DNA of 29,147 nucleotides from assembly GCA_040386535.1 (NCBI GenBank), contig JAZKFH010000027.1:166648-195794 (forward strand). The letters are read 5' to 3'. Shown piece after piece: positions 22,641-29,147 of the stretch. Each line of letters starts with the position of its first letter. Within the stretch, counting starts at the first letter, position 1. The stretch comes from Myxococcota bacterium. GTDB lineage: Bacteria > Myxococcota_A > UBA796 > SXON01. The position numbers and the translations under genes are program-made. The notes under the pieces were generated by a model that saw nothing but the letters and a program-made list of their open reading frames with translations, did not search any database and was not told the origin of the DNA.

Positions 22641-23522
22641 TTATCTCGCCGGGCTCGCGCCGCCACCCGTCGCGCTCGCGCCTATTTGCGGTGTCTCCAA
22701 CAAGAGGATCCAGCTCCCGGGACCGCGCTCGTACAGGATGGCGCGGTCGGGGCCGGTGAGGTCGAGGAGCGGCGCCCACGCAGGGTCTACGAGCGTGGTG
22801 TTGCCGCGCACCAGCGCCGGATCGTACAGGTCGAGCTCGACATAGGCGGGGCCGCCCTTGGCGCGGGCCGCCACGCCGTAGCTGTAGTCGGCGAGGCCGT
22901 CGCTCGGGAACACGTCGTTGTGGATGGCGCCGCCGTACAGGACGATGCTCGCGTCGGGCGTGTCCAGGCCGCGCATCGCGTAGTCGCCGAGCTTGCCGGT
23001 GAGGAGCGCGAGGAGCCGCCCGTATTGCACCTCGCCCGCGGCGTCCGTGAGCGTAGCGTACTCGTCGCAGGTGATGACGAGGTCGTGGGGGCGCACGTTC
23101 AGCGCCACGGCCTGCTCGACGAGCAGCACCAGCTCGCTCTTGGTGGCCTCGGGGCGCTTCGTGTCGGTCTCGACCTGCGCGACCACTTTCTCTGCCTGCG
23201 CGCCGCATGTCCCGTCGAGGCGCCACGTCTCGATCACGAGGTCCGACGTGGTCGGCGCCAGCACGGGAAGGAGCCGCGTCGTGAAGCGCGCCAGGGTCGT
23301 GGGGGTGTCGTGCGGGCCGTCGGTGGTGGCGTGCACCTCGCCGATGCCGATGATCCGCGGCTTGCTCGCCAGCAGGAACGTGACGGCGGCTTCGGCGCTG
23401 GGGAAGACCTGGTGGACCGGTACCGGTGGGGCGGGTGCCGCGGGGGCGGGGGCGGGGTCGAGGCCGGCGCACGAGATCAGGAGCGCGGTCAGCAGGAGGG
23501 CCTCCGGTGGCGGCTCGGACAT
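22641..23522 (-). CDS. Hypothetical exported/lipoprotein, ChaN/EreA/Tiki-superfamily-like
   Basis: LLLTALLIS-C lipobox-like segment; IIGIGEVH, DLVIE and VLYGGAIHN motifs. Start position uncertain. Confidence 0.6.
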   Translation of the reverse strand: MSEPPPEALLLTALLISCAGLDPAPAPAAPAPPVPVHQVFPSAEAAVTFLLASKPRIIGIGEVHATTDGPHDTPTTLARFTTRLLPVLAPTTSDLVIETWRLDGTCGAQAEKVVAQVETDTKRPEATKSELVLLVEQAVALNVRPHDLVITCDEYATLTDAAGEVQYGRLLALLTGKLGDYAMRGLDTPDASIVLYGGAIHNDVFPSDGLADYSYGVAARAKGGPAYVELDLYDPALVRGNTTLVDPAWAPLLDLTGPDRAILYERGPGSWILLLETPQIGASATGGGASPAR

Positions 23523-23553
23523 CGTAATCGAGCCCGGGTTCCCCACGTGCGTG

Positions 23554-25218
<1,665 letters not shown>

Positions 25219-25264
25219 GCCTCCTCGTACTCCGCCCGATCGCGTGCGCGCCAGGGTCGCGCCG

Positions 25265-27175
25265 TCACGCGCCTCCCGCGCCGCCGTGCCCGCTCGAGCG
25301 CGACGGGGGCGCGCCGCCCGCCCCGTCGGCACCGAAGTCCTGCTCGCCCTCCGGCCCGGCGCCGCTCGCGCCGCCGCCGCCATCCCGACGGTAGGGGGGC
25401 GCCGTGGCGCTCTCGCCCGCGAGGAGGAACGGGGCACCCGTGAGCTCGTTGAACTTGAACTCGCTCTTGGTCGTGTCGATCGTCTCGCCGCTCGGCACGC
25501 CGATGCGCGCGTTGCAGAGCACGTCGCCGCTGCCGAGCACCCACTTGGCGAGCTCGACCTCGGCCCAGGTCCCGTCGACGAAGAGCACCTTGTAGTCGAG
25601 GCTCGCGGACACCGCGGCGGCCACCTCGGCCGTGAGCTTGGCGGGGATGTCGATGGCGCCCTGCCAGTCGCCCCACGTGTTGGTGCGCGGGTTTCCGACG
25701 CGTGTGGCCGAGCCGGTCACGCCGATGCTCGCGCTGCCGGTGGCGGCCAGCGAGGCGTTGAGGTTGCCGGTGAGCGTCGCGACGTTCGCGACGCCCGCGC
25801 CGATCCCGCCCTTGATGGCGCCCTTGGCGAAGGCGTCGAGCGAGAGGTTGCCCGACACGGTCACCGTGTCGCGGATGGAGCCGTCGGTGGCGCCCATGGG
25901 CACGTCGCTCGTGCTGGTCGCGGCGGAGAACGAGAGGTTGCCGCTGGCGGTCATGCCGGTGCCGACGTTCACGCCGGCGGTCGCGACGAGGCCGGGCGCG
26001 AGCTGGGTCTGGAACGACTTGTCGATCTTCTTGGCCTCCCACTCGGCCTTGACCGACTGCTTGCCGCCGACCACCGCGCCGGTGTCGGAGACGCCGACGG
26101 TGTACGGCTTCCCGCCGAGGGTGAACGTCATCGGGCTGCCCGTCCAGAGAGTCGGATCGAGCGACTCCTCGGGTGCGCCGGCCGTGCCCGAGCCCCCGCC
26201 GTGGCCCGTGCTGGAGCCGCCGCCCTGCCCACCGTGGCCCTCCTCGGTGGGGCCCGCGCCCTCGGCGCCGCCGCCGCCCCACACCTCGTCCCACCAGGAC
26301 GACTCGGCGGCCGGCGCCTGCGCTTCCTCTTCGGCCCACAGCTCGTCCCACCAGCTCGACTCCTCCTCGGTTTGCGCGGGCGCGTAGTCGGAGCCGCCGG
26401 CGCCTTGGGACTCGGCTTGCGTGGGGGCCTCGGCCTGGGCGTAGCTGCCACCGCCACCGCCGCCGCCGGTGGCGTAGCCGTCCCCGCTCGCGCCGGAGCC
26501 CCCGTCCTCGGCCTGCGCGCAACTTCCGCTCGCGACGTTCGAGGCCGCGCCCTCCTCCTCGTCCCACCACCAGCCGTGCACCTCGCCCGCGGGGGCCGCG
26601 CCGACCGCGCCCGCCGGCTGCCCGGCCGCCACGCGACGGGCGACCTCGGCCGCCTCCGTCTCGGCGCTCGCCCCGCGCCCGCTCGCGGACCCGTCGGTGC
26701 GACCCCCGCCCGCCCGCCGCGCCTGCGCGACATGCGCGAGCTCATGGGCAACCTCTTCCTTGGTCGGCGCGGGCCCTGCAAACGCGACGCTCTCCCCCGC
26801 CGCGGCCGCACGCGCGCCGAGCCCGCCCAGCGCCGCGCCGCGCCCGAGGTGGGCCTTGACGTCGGAGAAGTCCTCGCCGAACGCCTCCTCCATCTCGTCG
26901 AGGAAGGGGAGGGGAGCGGCGCCACCGGCCTTGGCGGCGCCGAAGGCCGCGCGCGGGCCGGGCCTGGTGGCGGCGGGCTTCGAGGCGCCGTGGCGGGTGG
27001 CGCCGCCGTTGCGCGCGATCAGGTCCTGGACGCCGGCGTTCCCGAGGCGGCCCTGCGCGCGGGCTGCCCACTCCGGGCTGCGCTGGGCCACCGGCGCGGC
27101 GGCGTCGGGCCGGTGCCCGAACGGCGCGTGGGCGGGGGCCGTGGCAGACTTGGGGGCGTGACGTTGGGCGGCCAT
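25265..27175 (-). CDS. DUF4157 (eCIS core domain) protein with low-complexity linker and beta-rich C-terminal domain
   Basis: LGNAGVQ; LPFLDEMEEAFGEDFSDVKAH...GARAAAAGESVAF...VAHELAHVAQ...ETEAAEVA. Start assigned at ATG 27175. Confidence 0.82.
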   Translation of the reverse strand: MAAQRHAPKSATAPAHAPFGHRPDAAAPVAQRSPEWAARAQGRLGNAGVQDLIARNGGATRHGASKPAATRPGPRAAFGAAKAGGAAPLPFLDEMEEAFGEDFSDVKAHLGRGAALGGLGARAAAAGESVAFAGPAPTKEEVAHELAHVAQARRAGGGRTDGSASGRGASAETEAAEVARRVAAGQPAGAVGAAPAGEVHGWWWDEEEGAASNVASGSCAQAEDGGSGASGDGYATGGGGGGGSYAQAEAPTQAESQGAGGSDYAPAQTEEESSWWDELWAEEEAQAPAAESSWWDEVWGGGGAEGAGPTEEGHGGQGGGSSTGHGGGSGTAGAPEESLDPTLWTGSPMTFTLGGKPYTVGVSDTGAVVGGKQSVKAEWEAKKIDKSFQTQLAPGLVATAGVNVGTGMTASGNLSFSAATSTSDVPMGATDGSIRDTVTVSGNLSLDAFAKGAIKGGIGAGVANVATLTGNLNASLAATGSASIGVTGSATRVGNPRTNTWGDWQGAIDIPAKLTAEVAAAVSASLDYKVLFVDGTWAEVELAKWVLGSGDVLCNARIGVPSGETIDTTKSEFKFNELTGAPFLLAGESATAPPYRRDGGGGASGAGPEGEQDFGADGAGGAPPSRSSGHGGAGGA

Positions 27176-27608
27176 CGGAGCTCCGGGGCCGGGGGCCCGC
27201 GCCCGCCGAGAGCAAGGCGCATGCCACGGGGCCCCGGCGCCACGAGTGGCTGTTCGTGCGGATCGTAGCGGCGGGGCAGGCGCGAGGACCGATGCGCGCG
27301 CATCGGAGGGCGTGGGCGCGCATCGGGGCGCGCTGGGGGGCGGCCACCTTGCGCCCGGGCTCTTTGCGGCGGGGCGCGTGCGCGTGGGGCCGAGCATGGC
27401 GCCCCCCGCGCGGACGCGGGGCAGGTCGGCTCCGGGCACGCGGCGGAGCCGCGCGGTCGGCCGGGCGGAAGGGCATCGTCCCATGGGTGGGCCTGCCCGG
27501 CCGCCCGGCCGGACCAGCCGCCCCGGGGGCGGCTGCCCTACGCGCCCTTGGCGCAGGACGCCGCGGCGGCAGGCACGGCTGCGGCGTCCACCGGCATCCC
27601 TGCGCCTT

Positions 27609-27749
27609 GCTCCGGCGCCGCGCGGCGGACCGCGCTCCGGCGCGCTGCGGCGGCCGCGCTCCGGCGCGCTGCGGCGGCCGCGCTCCGGCGCGCTGCGGCG
27701 GCCGCGCTCCGGCCGGACCGCGCTCGGGCGCCGCACGGCGGACCGCGCT
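27609..27749. repeat. Intergenic 24-bp tandem repeat (CCGCGCTCCGGCGCGCTGCGGCGG), 3 perfect copies plus degenerate flanks
   Basis: Perfect copies at 27630, 27654 and 27678; partial or degenerate copies on either side. Confidence 0.9.
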
Positions 27750-27984
27750 TCCGACCGGCGCGGACATCCCGTCCCGATGCTGCCCCGGGCTTCGGCCGCT
27801 GGAGCCTACACGGCCGGACTCGACGTGGCGGCCGTCGCCGACCGCCAGCCCGACGGTGCCTGGTCGTTGCGCGCCCGGACCGCGCGGCCGGGGGAAGCGC
27901 GTTCCCCGATTGGTTCGCTCGAACCAACTGATAATAGAAACGGTGAGATGCGCGTGCATCCCCGAGCTTGGACCCTCCCGCCCC

Positions 27985-28803
27985 TCAGAGCCGCGCGACC
28001 CCCGGCTTCGCTCGGGCCGGCTTCATCACCGCCGCGTCCGCCACCGCCGCCTCCAGGGCAAGCGTCAGGCGTACGGCGTGGCTCACCGGGTCAGCGACCC
28101 CGCGCGCGCCGATCCTCCGCGCCGCGTCGACGCTGACGCCCAGCACGTGCGCCAGCTCCGCGAGATGGATCCCCGCGGCGAGGCCGAGGTGCATCACCGC
28201 ACGGCGCGCCACCACGACCTCCGGGTCGTTTCCGCGCGGGTCCGGCCCGCCCGCGAGCGCGGCAGTGGCGGCCGCGAGGAGCCGCGTGGCGCCCGCCGCG
28301 CGCACCCCCTCGTCGGAGACCGGGCTCAAATCCACGTCCGGGAGCCCCACGTGGCGCCCCGCGTCCCGCAGCCGGAAACGTGGCAGCGCCTGGACGATCG
28401 GGAGCGAGAGCCCCGGTACCCGGCGAGCGCCGACGAGGTCGCGATAGCACGAGCCCGTCGTGAGGGCGGGGTGCTCCTGGAGGCCGTGGTGCTCCGGCTG
28501 GGTGAGCAGGTACCCGACGAGCCACTCGAGGTGGCCGCGGTCGCGAACCGGCCGCGTGAACGCGGGCTCCAGACCCGCGGCGGCGAGCGGACGCAGCGCG
28601 AGGAGGATCGCGCGCGCCAGCCTCCCGACGCGCGCCTCCTCGCAGAACACCACCACGTGGACGTGATCGTCGACCAGCGCGAACAGCGCGACGTTGTCTC
28701 CGGCGACCCGCCCGAGCGCACGCACGGCGCCACGTCGGCTGGCCTCGACAGGAAACAGCGGGTGCCGCCCGACGGCGGCGAAGGTGAGGTGGAACGAGCG
28801 CAT
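27985..28803 (-). CDS. HUH/Y1 transposase, REP-associated tyrosine transposase (RAYT)-like, with C-terminal HTH
   Basis: N-terminal FHLTF....R.PLF, HUH motif ALVDDHVHVVV, catalytic-Tyr region GYLLTQPEHHG (compare YIxxNP), GSCY (compare WSSY), and C-terminal HTH IHLAELAHVLGVSVDAARR. Confidence 0.75.
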   Translation of the reverse strand: MRSFHLTFAAVGRHPLFPVEASRRGAVRALGRVAGDNVALFALVDDHVHVVVFCEEARVGRLARAILLALRPLAAAGLEPAFTRPVRDRGHLEWLVGYLLTQPEHHGLQEHPALTTGSCYRDLVGARRVPGLSLPIVQALPRFRLRDAGRHVGLPDVDLSPVSDEGVRAAGATRLLAAATAALAGGPDPRGNDPEVVVARRAVMHLGLAAGIHLAELAHVLGVSVDAARRIGARGVADPVSHAVRLTLALEAAVADAAVMKPARAKPGVARL

Positions 28804-28932
28804 GTGATCCGCCGTGGCGGCCGCGAGCTTGCGCACGGACACGACGATCGGCAAGCGCGTTTCTACTCGGGCGCGGGATCGACACCCCCAGCCATCTCCC
28901 ACGCCGGCCCGGCGTCGCGGGGAGGGACCGTT

Positions 28933-29074
28933 CGAAGTGGGAGGATGCACCCGCACCCCTCGACTTCGGACGGAAATAGCGGCCGGGGTGGGAGGATGCG
29001 AGCGCATCCCACGACTTCGGACGGATATACCGGCCGAAGTAGAGGGGTGTATCCGCATCCCTCGACTTCGGACG
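28933..29074. repeat. Array of three REP-like hairpins with 51-bp period upstream of the RAYT
   Basis: Units start at 28933, 28984 and 29035: CG(AA/GG)GT(G/A)G...TG-N-GCA(C/T)CCC(T/A)CGACTTCGGACG, each self-complementary. Confidence 0.88.
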
Positions 29075-29079
29075 CTCGC

Positions 29080-29147
29080 CCACCTCTCGCCGCCACCTCT
29101 CGCCGCCACCTCTCGCCGCCACCTCTCGCCGCCACCTCTCGCCGCCA
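29080..29147. repeat. 13-bp tandem repeat CCACCTCTCGCCG, at least 5 copies, running off the window end
   Basis: Five perfect copies plus 3 bp. Confidence 0.95.

Noticed and set aside
27176..27736. N-terminal extension of the DUF4157 ORF (PERGRRSA repeats)
   Set aside because: Arg/Pro/Ala-rich translation of a tandem DNA repeat; the ATG at 27175 gives a typical DUF4157 N-terminus.
28933..29074. Possible CRISPR array
   Set aside because: Units are contiguous degenerate hairpins with no unique spacer-length sequences, and no cas genes are in the window.
28804..29109. N-terminal extension of the RAYT ORF (SVRSRGMR repeats)
   Set aside because: It is a translation of the REP array; Y1 homology starts at MRSFHLTF (28803).

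Overview
A very GC-rich bacterial window, probably Myxococcota-like (inferred from the MopE/FG-GAP lipoproteins, DUF4157 protein and ferritin-like protein). From left to right it holds: a divergent PepT-like M20 peptidase; five Asp-rich surface lipoproteins built from DT linkers, MopE-type Cys/Asp repeats and 7-bladed FG-GAP propellers, three of them in a tandem array whose middle gene looks like a recombination chimera; a Cys-rich lipoprotein plus ferritin-like pair; a bluB-cobT fusion; an FMN-binding PPOX-family gene; two 59-bp palindromic repeats; a small protein made of six 17-aa repeats; a reverse-order RES toxin/antitoxin-like pair; ahcY divergent from a SahR-like ArsR-methyltransferase regulator, with a palindromic operator candidate between them; a stand-alone type IV pilin; a decayed cysteine-synthase fragment; a frameshifted NADP oxidoreductase; a ChaN/Tiki-like lipoprotein; and a DUF4157 (eCIS core) protein. 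The window ends with an HUH/Y1 REP-associated tyrosine transposase (RAYT)-like gene flanked by REP-like hairpins. The best candidates for new biology are the RAYT with its REP family (possibly related to the hairpins about 13 kb away), the reverse-order RES module next to the 17-aa repeat protein, and the DUF4157 locus. All calls come from reading motifs by eye; no searches were run.
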